IMG/VR virus record: IMGVR_UViG_3300030099_007267
Coordinates: 4,624-68,623 of that record
DNA length: 64,000 bases
Direction: 5' to 3' (one strand)
From: a virus
The notes under the pieces: model-generated
Told to the model about the DNA's origin: nothing
The model's database searches: none
What the model saw: the letters and a program-made list of their open reading frames with translations, nothing else
Part shown: piece by piece, positions 23,921 to 32,006 of the stretch
Numbering within the stretch: the first letter of the stretch is position 1
Layout: every line of letters begins with the position of its first letter
Program-made: the position numbers and the translations under genes

Positions 23921-24215
23921 GCCCCTCCTGAGAGGGGCTGTACGTTGCGTAAGGATTATTTTCACTGAGGGAGGAGTGCGCGTCCCCTTGTGAGAGAGGA
24001 GAGAGCGACGTAACCCTGAAAGCGGCCCTGAAAGGGCTTCGAGCTTTCCCGTTACCGAGGGAACGACGGTTCGATCAAGTCGACGTAAACGAGCGACCGA
24101 TCTTTGAAAATAATCCTTGATTCTTCCAACGACCGAGAGGGTTGGAAGAGGGTGTTTTTGCTTGGTGGTCCACCAAACTAAATCTTGATTGCGATTTAAA
24201 AGAGCCAACGTATGT
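23921..24215 (-). ncRNA. candidate structured ncRNA or long 5' leader
   Basis: At least 7 helices incl. a perfect 14-bp long-range stem; begins just after a consensus-like promoter. Confidence 0.55.
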
Positions 24216-24219
24216 ATAT

Positions 24220-24283
24220 ATAATACCATTGGAGATCATAGATATCAACATAAAAGGCCCTATAAACCGGACACATATTGTCC
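24220..24283 (-). promoter_or_regulatory. promoter with upstream box
   Basis: TTGATA(24248)-17-TATTAT(24225) with TG extension; box 24269-24283. Confidence 0.75.
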
Positions 24284-24335
24284 TTGACAAACTGAGAGTA
24301 ATGTCTTAGGCCTTAGACCCCCAGGACAAACACAC

Positions 24336-24400
24336 GATAGTCTTCCGAGAGGGCGTATGTGGACCAGAGTGTCCGCACGCTTCCGGCTCGGAAGACTGTC
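24336..24400. repeat. GAYAGTCY element I
   Basis: GATAGTCTTCCGAG/CTCGGAAGACTGTC stem; inner TGTGGAC/GTCCGCA. Confidence 0.85.
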
Positions 24401-24411
24401 ATAGAATGTTG

Positions 24412-24440
24412 TTGCTATGTCAACTCTCGTCTGGTATAAC
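24412..24440 (+). promoter_or_regulatory. promoter giving probable leaderless transcript
   Basis: TTGCTA-17-TATAAC(24435), 6 nt before ATG 24447; no RBS. Confidence 0.6.
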
Positions 24441-24446
24441 GTGTCT

Positions 24447-25181
24447 ATGCGATACAACGTTAACGAATTTGCCAGTTTACCTTTATATGGTTTACCTGTA
24501 GCTGTATTTGATTTTGAGACAACAGGAATAGATGCTACTTCTTGTCGTGCTGTGGAGCTTGCGATTGTACATTTGAACTTAGGTTATGACAATGCCGAGG
24601 TAGTCTTTGACAAGCGTTTCAATCCTGGTATCAGCATACCAGATGAAGCGGCAATGATACACGGTATAGGGGACAGTCAGGTAGCAGATTGTCCAACTTT
24701 CTGGGAGTGCTGGGAAGAGATAAGTGAATTACTTTTTGGACGTGTCCTTGCAGCATACAATCTACCGTATGACTGGACGGTATTGAATCACGAATACAGA
24801 CGGAATGTACAATGGCAACCGACGCATCATCATGATGCGGTATTTGGCAGTCAGTTATTTGGCATATGTGGTTTAGTGATGGCGAGGGCAGTAGACAGCA
24901 ATGTACGAGGAAAGGGCAGTCATCGTTTGAGCAGAGTGTGTGACAGACGTGGTATAGAGATAATTCAGGAGCACAGTTCGATAGGTGACACGTTAGCTAG
25001 TGCTCAGTTAATAGAGTGTTTAATGTCAGAGATACGTCATGCTAGAGGGAAGAAGTTTAATACAATGCGTGATTATTGGGCTTGGCAAAAGATACGTGCG
25101 ATTGAGCAAGAGTTTGATATTCGGGAATGGTTATTGAAGAAGGGGGTTAAAAATGATGTATGGCCTTGGACGGATTACTGA
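24447..25181 (+). CDS. DEDDh 3'-5' exonuclease (DnaQ/epsilon-like)
   Basis: VFDFETTG, IHGI, AYNLPYD, HSSIGD. Confidence 0.9.
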   Translation: MRYNVNEFASLPLYGLPVAVFDFETTGIDATSCRAVELAIVHLNLGYDNAEVVFDKRFNPGISIPDEAAMIHGIGDSQVADCPTFWECWEEISELLFGRVLAAYNLPYDWTVLNHEYRRNVQWQPTHHHDAVFGSQLFGICGLVMARAVDSNVRGKGSHRLSRVCDRRGIEIIQEHSSIGDTLASAQLIECLMSEIRHARGKKFNTMRDYWAWQKIRAIEQEFDIREWLLKKGVKNDVWPWTDY

Positions 25182-25182
25182 G

Positions 25183-25488
25183 ATGACGAAGGGTCAAGAA
25201 GCTTATGAATATCGTCAACGATACAGGTGTTCTTGGTCTATTGTAGCGAAGAACATAGGGTATTGTAATAGTCAATCAGCATTGAGGGCTGCTCGTAATT
25301 ATGCGAACAATTCTGGTTGTCCTTGGCCATTGAAGAAGGCTTCGAAGGGTGCTTGTATTTATCAGGCTCGGAAGCATGGTATGACTTGGATGGCATTGTC
25401 GAGGACTTACAATCAGGATATAGCTGCAGTACAGAGATGTGCCTACAAGTGGGCGAAGAGGTATCAGGTACAATGGCCACCAAAATAA
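25183..25488 (+). CDS. protein with two tandem HTH-like repeats
   Basis: KG..AY..R.....W...A..YA.....WP unit occurs twice. Confidence 0.7.
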   Translation: MTKGQEAYEYRQRYRCSWSIVAKNIGYCNSQSALRAARNYANNSGCPWPLKKASKGACIYQARKHGMTWMALSRTYNQDIAAVQRCAYKWAKRYQVQWPPK

Positions 25489-25727
25489 GACGTAGTGAGG
25501 CAGCTAAGGCGGTAGTGATGTCTTTGATGCACGTTATAGAGCCATTGAATGAGGCAGGTGTACGTCCTGATGATATAGCTCATTCGTTGGCATTTGTTCT
25601 GGTAGCGTACAAGGTCAATGCGGGTTGGAGTACGGAGCAGATACTTCAGCTATTGGAGCATTACATAACGGAGACAGACAAGCTTATGCCTGATGAGTTA
25701 CCTCCTGATGATGGAGAATACAACTAG
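25473..25727 (+). CDS. hypothetical protein
   Basis: Start taken at MATKIRR. Confidence 0.6.
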   Translation: MATKIRRSEAAKAVVMSLMHVIEPLNEAGVRPDDIAHSLAFVLVAYKVNAGWSTEQILQLLEHYITETDKLMPDELPPDDGEYN

Positions 25728-25975
25728 GTAAAATATTGCGATGCTTCATTGTATACATCTAGCTCTGAGGTATTTTCTTCCATTGCGATGAACTTACAGA
25801 TCCAGATAAAGTTTCTGATAGACGGTTCACGATAGTCTGTTGTCCAGCTAGTGACGGTATTTGGTGAGACGCATATTTGTTTAGCGAAGACTTTTTGTTG
25901 AACTTTGCAGTGTTTGAGTTTTAGTTTTAGCCATTTTCCGAATGTCATAGAATCTCCTAGAATGGTATAGGCCAC
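25724..25975 (-). CDS. XRE-family HTH protein
   Basis: MTFGKWLKLKL...QKVFAKQICVSPNTVTSW....REPS; start may be 25948. Confidence 0.85.
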   Translation of the reverse strand: MAYTILGDSMTFGKWLKLKLKHCKVQQKVFAKQICVSPNTVTSWTTDYREPSIRNFIWICKFIAMEENTSELDVYNEASQYFT

Positions 25976-26625
25976 ATTACTTTTTGGACATGATCAGGTA
26001 TATTTTTACTCTCGAGTCTGGGAATGACCACAACGCCTTCTCCGGTAGCGTCGAATCCCCAGCAATGCCATCCTTCGTGTGCTTTTCTGGAGAAGAGTTC
26101 GATTTTGTTTTGGGTTGGGTGCATCCGATCGATTCGTTCGATGAATCTGGTAGGTTTAGCTGAATGATGTTGTCTTTTTTCCTGATAGAATTGTCGTTCA
26201 TTTCGTGTACCTCTTGGTTTAGGTATAGCGCCTTTAGTTCCGACGATACAGATTTCGACGGACGACATGGTGTAATATCCGGGATTGGTGATAAGTTTTT
26301 CCCAAACGAAGCCGATTGTTTTGTACTTGAAGCCCCAGGCTTTGAGAACCTCTATGGAGATATCGAGTTGTGGGCCAGTTGTCCACATGTAGCAGATACA
26401 GTTTTTGGCCAAGATGTGTTTAACGTCCATAGCGCAGAGTTCATCTGGCTTCATAGTTGGGTAGTGATCGGATGCTGCTCCTGTGTCATTGGCTTCTTTG
26501 TTTAGGAAGGTGCGCTCATTGTAGTCCCATGGTGGGTCGCAGTAGATCACTTCGAATTCTTGTGGAGGTTCATTGGATGGTGGTTCAATAGAGATGATTG
26601 GTTTTTTGAATAAGTCGAGTTGCAT
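25957..26625 (-). CDS. MT-A70 family adenine methyltransferase (second copy)
   Basis: YCDPPW, HYPTM, YMWTT, WGFKY, HSAKP, IELFSR. Confidence 0.92.
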   Translation of the reverse strand: MQLDLFKKPIISIEPPSNEPPQEFEVIYCDPPWDYNERTFLNKEANDTGAASDHYPTMKPDELCAMDVKHILAKNCICYMWTTGPQLDISIEVLKAWGFKYKTIGFVWEKLITNPGYYTMSSVEICIVGTKGAIPKPRGTRNERQFYQEKRQHHSAKPTRFIERIDRMHPTQNKIELFSRKAHEGWHCWGFDATGEGVVVIPRLESKNIPDHVQKVMWPIPF

Positions 26626-27830
26626 TATTTATCCTTGTGGATACCGAAGCTGGAGTATGGTTCTTCTTTTGTGATTTGTTGTATAAGTTGTTCGCGTTCT
26701 TTTTTAGAGGATGTAATTTTTCGAGCTATTTTTTCGACGACTCGTATAGAGAGGTCCATAGAAGCGAAGAGTTCGTGTAGTGTTCCGTCTTGTTCTGTCC
26801 ATTTTTGTAGAATAGTTTGTTGTGCTGTTGGCAGTATTTTTTTTCTTTTTTTCTGTGCGTATCCGACGAGTCCGAGTCCGATACGTTTTGGTGGTTTAGC
26901 CTTGTGTATTTTTCGGATTTGCGGTTCAAGTTTAGCGACGATTTCTTTAGCAGCGATGTATTTTCTGTACACGTCATCGGATTTGTACATAGAGTCGAAG
27001 TATTCGCAGTATGGAGAGTACTGGCATTGAACGCATCCTGCGCCTGGGTTTGGGTTGAGTTGTTTATCGAGAGTACGGATAGCAGTGGAGATATTGTCTT
27101 GCCATTCTTGGAGCATATTTTGTTGTGCGTGGCAGTCGATTTCTTTGAAGAAGTTACACCTTAGTCTAAGGTTTGCGATTTCTAGTGTGATGAAGTCAGG
27201 TCGATAGAAAAGCCAGACGACAACGGCTTGGCATCTTCGTTGGAAACTGTCGAGTTCATCGTAAGTGGCGACCCAAGAGGTTTTGTAGTCACGGATGATT
27301 GCTCTTGTGTGTGTTTCTCCTGTATCGCTATTGTATTCCTCGTGTATTTCGACAACATCGAGTAGGGTTCTAAACTTTGCTGTTTTGTCATTGTAGTCGA
27401 CACTAGCCCATTGGTCGGTAAATGCGAAGGGGTGTTCGTGTGTGATGCCATCTCCGAATGGAACGGGAAACTTTCTGTGCCAATCGAGGGCAAGTTTAGC
27501 GCCTTCTAGGGCATCTGCTAGTGGAGCGGGTGGTTCAGGTATGCTGTCATACGCTCGCCCTTCGGAGCAGTACTTTTCGACGATTTTATCGGCTACTTGT
27601 CTAGCATCTTTGTCTGGATTTTTTCCGATTTCTTCGAGGATGGCGTGTGCGATCACGCCCGTATGAAAGATGGATCGATCATACGGGGTGTTAAGCTTCC
27701 ACAATTCCACTGCGTGAGGGCAGTTATTGGAGTGTAGTCTGATGGTTGTTGGGTGATATGCTGGCATATGTTCCTCAATTTCGATGGGGAATTCGAATAT
27801 TGTTTCGTGATCGCAGGTTTGCCATTTCAT
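26625..27830 (-). CDS. PD-(D/E)XK (RecB/Cas4-like) exonuclease
   Basis: GVIAHAILE, LLD, RDYKT, N-terminal CP and C-terminal CVQCQYSPYC. Confidence 0.85.
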   Translation of the reverse strand: MKWQTCDHETIFEFPIEIEEHMPAYHPTTIRLHSNNCPHAVELWKLNTPYDRSIFHTGVIAHAILEEIGKNPDKDARQVADKIVEKYCSEGRAYDSIPEPPAPLADALEGAKLALDWHRKFPVPFGDGITHEHPFAFTDQWASVDYNDKTAKFRTLLDVVEIHEEYNSDTGETHTRAIIRDYKTSWVATYDELDSFQRRCQAVVVWLFYRPDFITLEIANLRLRCNFFKEIDCHAQQNMLQEWQDNISTAIRTLDKQLNPNPGAGCVQCQYSPYCEYFDSMYKSDDVYRKYIAAKEIVAKLEPQIRKIHKAKPPKRIGLGLVGYAQKKRKKILPTAQQTILQKWTEQDGTLHELFASMDLSIRVVEKIARKITSSKKEREQLIQQITKEEPYSSFGIHKDK

Positions 27831-27838
27831 TGTAGACT

Positions 27839-28534
27839 TTATTTGTTGATTTGGTTGAAGATTTTGGTAAGATTTGGGTCTTTGATTGTGCCGGTGAGCG
27901 GGAAGGTTGGTTTACAAAGTACGTTTTGATTTCCTTCGAGCATAAGGTATCGGCTGGTCTTCTTTTCTTCTTTGTTCTGTGCTGGATATAGGAAGCCAAC
28001 AAAGTTAAAGAACTGAGCGATTTCTCCGGATGTTTTCTTTCCATCGAAGGCTGGTCTGAGGTGTCTGGTACCGCTTCCTTCTTCGTATGTAGTTTCGAGG
28101 AGAGCTAGGCATACGATGTGTTTTGGGACTTGTCTGAGTGCTCGAATGAAGCGTCTCATATAGTCAGCGAGTTTGCCCCAGTCTTGTAGTTTCATTGGGT
28201 GTCTACCTTTATTTGTGAGATCGTCTTTGCACAGTCTTTGGACTTCTGTGAGTGAGTCGATGACGATTGTATCGTACTGTGCCCATTGTTCTGGACTGGT
28301 TGTAATGCTGTTGAGGACATCTCCGAGTAATTTAACGGAAGAGATATGTAAGAGATCAGCGTTTGGGTTGCTGTGCATGATACTGGTTTGTCCGTTCGGT
28401 TCGGTCAACAAAACGAGTGGTTTTGGTGCGGTCACAGCGAGAAAAGACTTACCTGCTCCGCTGTCTCCGTATACCAAGCATTTGATGTGAGTTTTTGCTT
28501 TTTGTTTTCCAGCATTTAAAATTTGAAATTTCAT
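27839..28534 (-). CDS. AAA_24/Sak4-like P-loop NTPase
   Basis: LVYGDSGAGKS, TIVIDSLTE, QDWG; GGAG RBS before ATG 28534. Confidence 0.88.
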   Translation of the reverse strand: MKFQILNAGKQKAKTHIKCLVYGDSGAGKSFLAVTAPKPLVLLTEPNGQTSIMHSNPNADLLHISSVKLLGDVLNSITTSPEQWAQYDTIVIDSLTEVQRLCKDDLTNKGRHPMKLQDWGKLADYMRRFIRALRQVPKHIVCLALLETTYEEGSGTRHLRPAFDGKKTSGEIAQFFNFVGFLYPAQNKEEKKTSRYLMLEGNQNVLCKPTFPLTGTIKDPNLTKIFNQINK

Positions 28535-28568
28535 AGTTTTACTCCAAAGGTTGTGAGGTTCTAGAACA

Positions 28569-28603
28569 ATGGTATTGACATTTGTTTTGTTTGTCAATAG
28601 TCT
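28569..28603. promoter_or_regulatory. symmetric overlapping divergent promoters
   Basis: + TTGACA(28575)-17-TAGTCT; - TTGACA(28597)-17-TACCAT. Confidence 0.75.
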
Positions 28604-28609
28604 GGAGAT

Positions 28610-29086
28610 ATGACATTAGATAACATATTGAAAATACTCGATAGGGACGAGGCTGTGCGTGTCGCTCAGTGTGGAAAAAATGCAGCGTGGCATTGGTACA
28701 AGGAAGACCATAGGCGCAAAGTGCCAGGGATGCCGATATTAGTGGCGTGGGCAGATCATTTAGAGCTATCTGATGCAGATTTGGGGGAGTTAATCCGTGA
28801 TGCACAGCAGGTACGGATACGCATTTTTGAATTATTGGCACAGGAAGACAAGCGTCGTATCAAGCCTCGGTCGACGTTACGGAAGGATTTGGCTCGTGAG
28901 ATAGCAGAAGAGCTAGAAGCAATGCGCCAGCTAGAGCTTGAAGAGAAGCAGCGTTTAGTGGAAAAAAAAGAAGAGGCTTTACGCCGCGAGACACAGGAAC
29001 AAGTGGTCGAATCGGAGCGTCAAGATCGTCTTGAACAGATTCGAGACAAATTAAAACATCTCAGGAGAAAACATGGGGATTATTGA
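28610..29086 (+). CDS. HTH-like + coiled-coil protein
   Basis: VAQCGKNAAWHWY...KVP resembles XRE helix 3; charged coiled-coil C-half. Confidence 0.6.
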   Translation: MTLDNILKILDRDEAVRVAQCGKNAAWHWYKEDHRRKVPGMPILVAWADHLELSDADLGELIRDAQQVRIRIFELLAQEDKRRIKPRSTLRKDLAREIAEELEAMRQLELEEKQRLVEKKEEALRRETQEQVVESERQDRLEQIRDKLKHLRRKHGDY

Positions 29087-29885
29087 AAATTACCGAAAGA
29101 GCAATCGACGTTATGGTCAGTACAATGAGCCGACGCGCAAGGACACTTCGTCGATCACGTCTAAGATTCTGGACTTGTCATATATGAAAAAGATGATTGA
29201 CAATGTAATGAAGCATCATACGACAGAGGAGAGCAAGAAGTCTGTTGAGCACAACAGACGTTGGACGTATGTTCAGACGTATCGGTTGCAGAACATGCTT
29301 GGTAGAGTGGACACACCGACGTTTGTATTTATGTTGGAGAGTTTATTGGAGTGGTGTATAGATTCTCGTTCAGCGATACAGCCAAACGCGAAGTGGGAGT
29401 TGTGCAGTTACGAGTATTCGATCGAAGTGGTAGAGAAGACAAGCAATAAGTTTGTTGGAAAGGATCAAGACGGTAAGCCAATGACCAATGAGATCAAGGA
29501 AGATGTACAGCATTTGGTCATCGGAATGGAATTTGTGGACATCTTAGGAAATGAAGATGTGCAGTATGATATGGGTCGAATCAGACGAAGTAGTGAGTCA
29601 CAATTGACACCGAAGATGTTCCGAGAATTGTTAGCAAATCAAAACAGCAAGGTTGTCGAGCCTCCGCCTAGTGTAGATGTAACAGTGTACAAAGAGAAGC
29701 TTGCAAAGCAGGACGAGATGTTGCTTGCTCAGGACCAGCAATTGACGGATATGCGGTCACAGATGGATACAATGCAAGAGATGATGGCTGGTCTAATAAC
29801 TGAGTTGCAGACGGCAAAAACGTCGAGTACAACAATTGATAAGGATACACCGACAAAGAAAGTAACAAAGCGAAAGGCTAAATAA
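29073..29885 (+). CDS. hypothetical protein, C-terminal coiled coil
   Basis: AGGAG RBS; 270-aa ORF. Confidence 0.75.
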   Translation: MGIIENYRKSNRRYGQYNEPTRKDTSSITSKILDLSYMKKMIDNVMKHHTTEESKKSVEHNRRWTYVQTYRLQNMLGRVDTPTFVFMLESLLEWCIDSRSAIQPNAKWELCSYEYSIEVVEKTSNKFVGKDQDGKPMTNEIKEDVQHLVIGMEFVDILGNEDVQYDMGRIRRSSESQLTPKMFRELLANQNSKVVEPPPSVDVTVYKEKLAKQDEMLLAQDQQLTDMRSQMDTMQEMMAGLITELQTAKTSSTTIDKDTPTKKVTKRKAK

Positions 29886-30073
29886 TGTCTCGGAAAAGCA
29901 CTCCTCAACAATTACTACGTTTGGTCAAGGCGCGGCAGCGACTGCAAGAAAAGAACAGTCGCAAGCCTGCTCACCTTCGTCAGACGGAGGATCAGATAGA
30001 AGAGATAGCTAGAAGAGCTTTACGAGAGAACAGAATAAATGATTACGGTGTGATCCTGAAAAGGGAGTCGTAA
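29885..30073 (+). CDS. hypothetical protein
   Basis: TAATG coupling both sides. Confidence 0.65.
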   Translation: MSRKSTPQQLLRLVKARQRLQEKNSRKPAHLRQTEDQIEEIARRALRENRINDYGVILKRES

Positions 30074-30480
30074 TGAAAAAGAAGAAGTTTTGTCCGAGTG
30101 AAGAGCAAGTCCAGATTCGACGTAGTGCGAGGAGCTTGTATAACAGTGGGATGTATTTGGTTGGAGAGTGGGTTGCTAGGATACCGACGTTAACGCTATC
30201 TAAGTGGAGAAATTGGGAGAGCACCAAGGGTTTCATGGACTGGTGGTCAGAGCTTCTTCCAGAACACGGGGGCGTGACCTTATCAGATTTGAAGGCATTG
30301 GAGTTTGAGGCGAACAAGAGCTTGATGCGAGCGATGATGGAGGGTGACTTGGCCGCGACTAAGATTGTTATCTCGATGGTATCTCAGGCAAGAGAGGCTG
30401 AGAAGATAACGGACAATGGTATGGAGGAGTGGTTCGACTCTTCCACCGAACAGAACGGTTGGACACAAGAGTGGAATTAG
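30073..30480 (+). CDS. putative terminase small subunit
   Basis: HTH-like N-half, GDLAATK helix, directly before TerL. Confidence 0.65.
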   Translation: MKKKKFCPSEEQVQIRRSARSLYNSGMYLVGEWVARIPTLTLSKWRNWESTKGFMDWWSELLPEHGGVTLSDLKALEFEANKSLMRAMMEGDLAATKIVISMVSQAREAEKITDNGMEEWFDSSTEQNGWTQEWN

Positions 30481-32006
30481 AAGCTATTCTCAGTGATCCA
30501 AAGCAATTCATACCTCGTTTGCGGTTTGAGGATGCGGATGCAAACTTGTCTTATTTCCGCAATCCATTTTCGGAGCAAGTTGCATTGATCGAGGCTCTAA
30601 ACGATCCTGAAGTAAAGACAATAGTTGTGCTCAAACCTCGTCAGATTGGAATAACGACAGCGAATTGTGCTGACACTTGGTATCGGACGTTTACAGCGAA
30701 GAAGCCTTTGAGAACGATTGTTGTTGCTGACCACAACAAAACAACAAAATCAATATTCAAAAAGTTCTGTACGTACTTTCATCATCTTCCCAAGACCTTA
30801 AAGGAGTCAAATCCATTTAAGATCAATCAAAATGATAAAACACTTGTATCTGAGCGAACGGATGCCCTGATCGACCATATGACTGCGCGAGGAGACACGC
30901 ACGGTCGTGGTTGGACATATCAAAGATTTGTGGCAGAAGAGTTGGCTTTCTGGCCGCATCCAGAAGAAGTCTGGTCGGGTATCCGTTCGACTCTCCATGG
31001 TGGAGCAGATAGCAAGATTGTAATTGTATCAACTCCCAACGGGCCGGGTAATTTTTACCACGAGCGTGTTTTGATAGCTCAGGAGGCGGAGAGAACGGGA
31101 AACAAATCAATTAAGTTTCTATTTTCGAGGTGGAGTGATCACAGAACATATACATTAACACCTCCAAAAGATTGGGAGCCGAATGAGGAAGAGCACCAAT
31201 TGGGTGAGAAATTTGGTCTTGATTGGGGTCAATTGTACTGGCGACACGAGATGATCTATGGTGTCGAGGGTATGGGGGACAGGAAGTTCCGTCGAGAGTT
31301 CCCACTGACGATTGAAGACGGCTTTCTTGTATTGGAGGGGTCTTGGTTTGACTCAGACTATTTGAATAATCGTTTAGAGGAGCTTCCAGCCTCCGAAAAG
31401 GCGGAGCTTCGTGTATATAGAGAGCCTGAAATAAATGTTGAATATGTAATCGGTGTAGACCCCAGTTGGTGTACAGGTGGAGACTTTGCAACGGCTTGTG
31501 TGATGAGCGAATATGGAGAGCAGGTTGCTGTGTTTTCGACGAACCAAGGTGGCGAGAATCGGTTTGCTTTGGAGGTAAATAATCTGTCTCGATATTACAA
31601 TCGGGCGAGAGTTCTTTGCGAAGCGAACACAGGTGGTGCAGGTCGAGTAGTTATCAGATCGATGTATCAGGAGTCGACCCCAGTGTGGAAGGATACGAAG
31701 GGAAAAGACTGGGTGACGCACAAGGGCAACAAGGAGCTTGCTTACTCTTTTGCGCGTCAGATGGTGAATGGTGATGGGCTTGAATTGAATGATCACCAAA
31801 CGATACAGGAGTTGATGCACGTGAGAGAGGAACGTGGTAGAATAGAGGGTCAGGATGGTTATCATGATGACCACGCGGATGCTTTTGTTTTGGCTGTTTG
31901 GGCGTTGCGTCGTCTACCAGGGTTCAATGGCAAAGAGAGGCACCGTCCACGCTTAAGGCGTGAAAAACGCAACCCTATGGACAAGATTAGGATGAGAACG
32001 CCATGA
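30429..32006 (+). CDS. terL: terminase large subunit
   Basis: LKPRQIGITT, EELAFW, STPNG, IGVDPS, GYHDDHADA; start may be GTG 30471. Confidence 0.95.
   Translation: MVRLFHRTERLDTRVELEAILSDPKQFIPRLRFEDADANLSYFRNPFSEQVALIEALNDPEVKTIVVLKPRQIGITTANCADTWYRTFTAKKPLRTIVVADHNKTTKSIFKKFCTYFHHLPKTLKESNPFKINQNDKTLVSERTDALIDHMTARGDTHGRGWTYQRFVAEELAFWPHPEEVWSGIRSTLHGGADSKIVIVSTPNGPGNFYHERVLIAQEAERTGNKSIKFLFSRWSDHRTYTLTPPKDWEPNEEEHQLGEKFGLDWGQLYWRHEMIYGVEGMGDRKFRREFPLTIEDGFLVLEGSWFDSDYLNNRLEELPASEKAELRVYREPEINVEYVIGVDPSWCTGGDFATACVMSEYGEQVAVFSTNQGGENRFALEVNNLSRYYNRARVLCEANTGGAGRVVIRSMYQESTPVWKDTKGKDWVTHKGNKELAYSFARQMVNGDGLELNDHQTIQELMHVREERGRIEGQDGYHDDHADAFVLAVWALRRLPGFNGKERHRPRLRREKRNPMDKIRMRTP

Noticed and set aside
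23934-24175. tmRNA or tRNA (GGGGCTG start, TCCACCA, GGTTCGA)
   Set aside because: The acceptor stem does not pair, the T-loop motif is about 100 nt from the CCA, and the promoter is on the other strand.
23873-24229. 119-aa N-terminal extension of ORF 23618..24229
   Set aside because: Its ATG lies in the promoter -10 region; a strong RBS precedes ATG 23872.
16671-24400. CRISPR array
   Set aside because: Repeats are inverted, irregularly spaced and separated by genes; the Cas4-like nuclease sits in a recombination operon.
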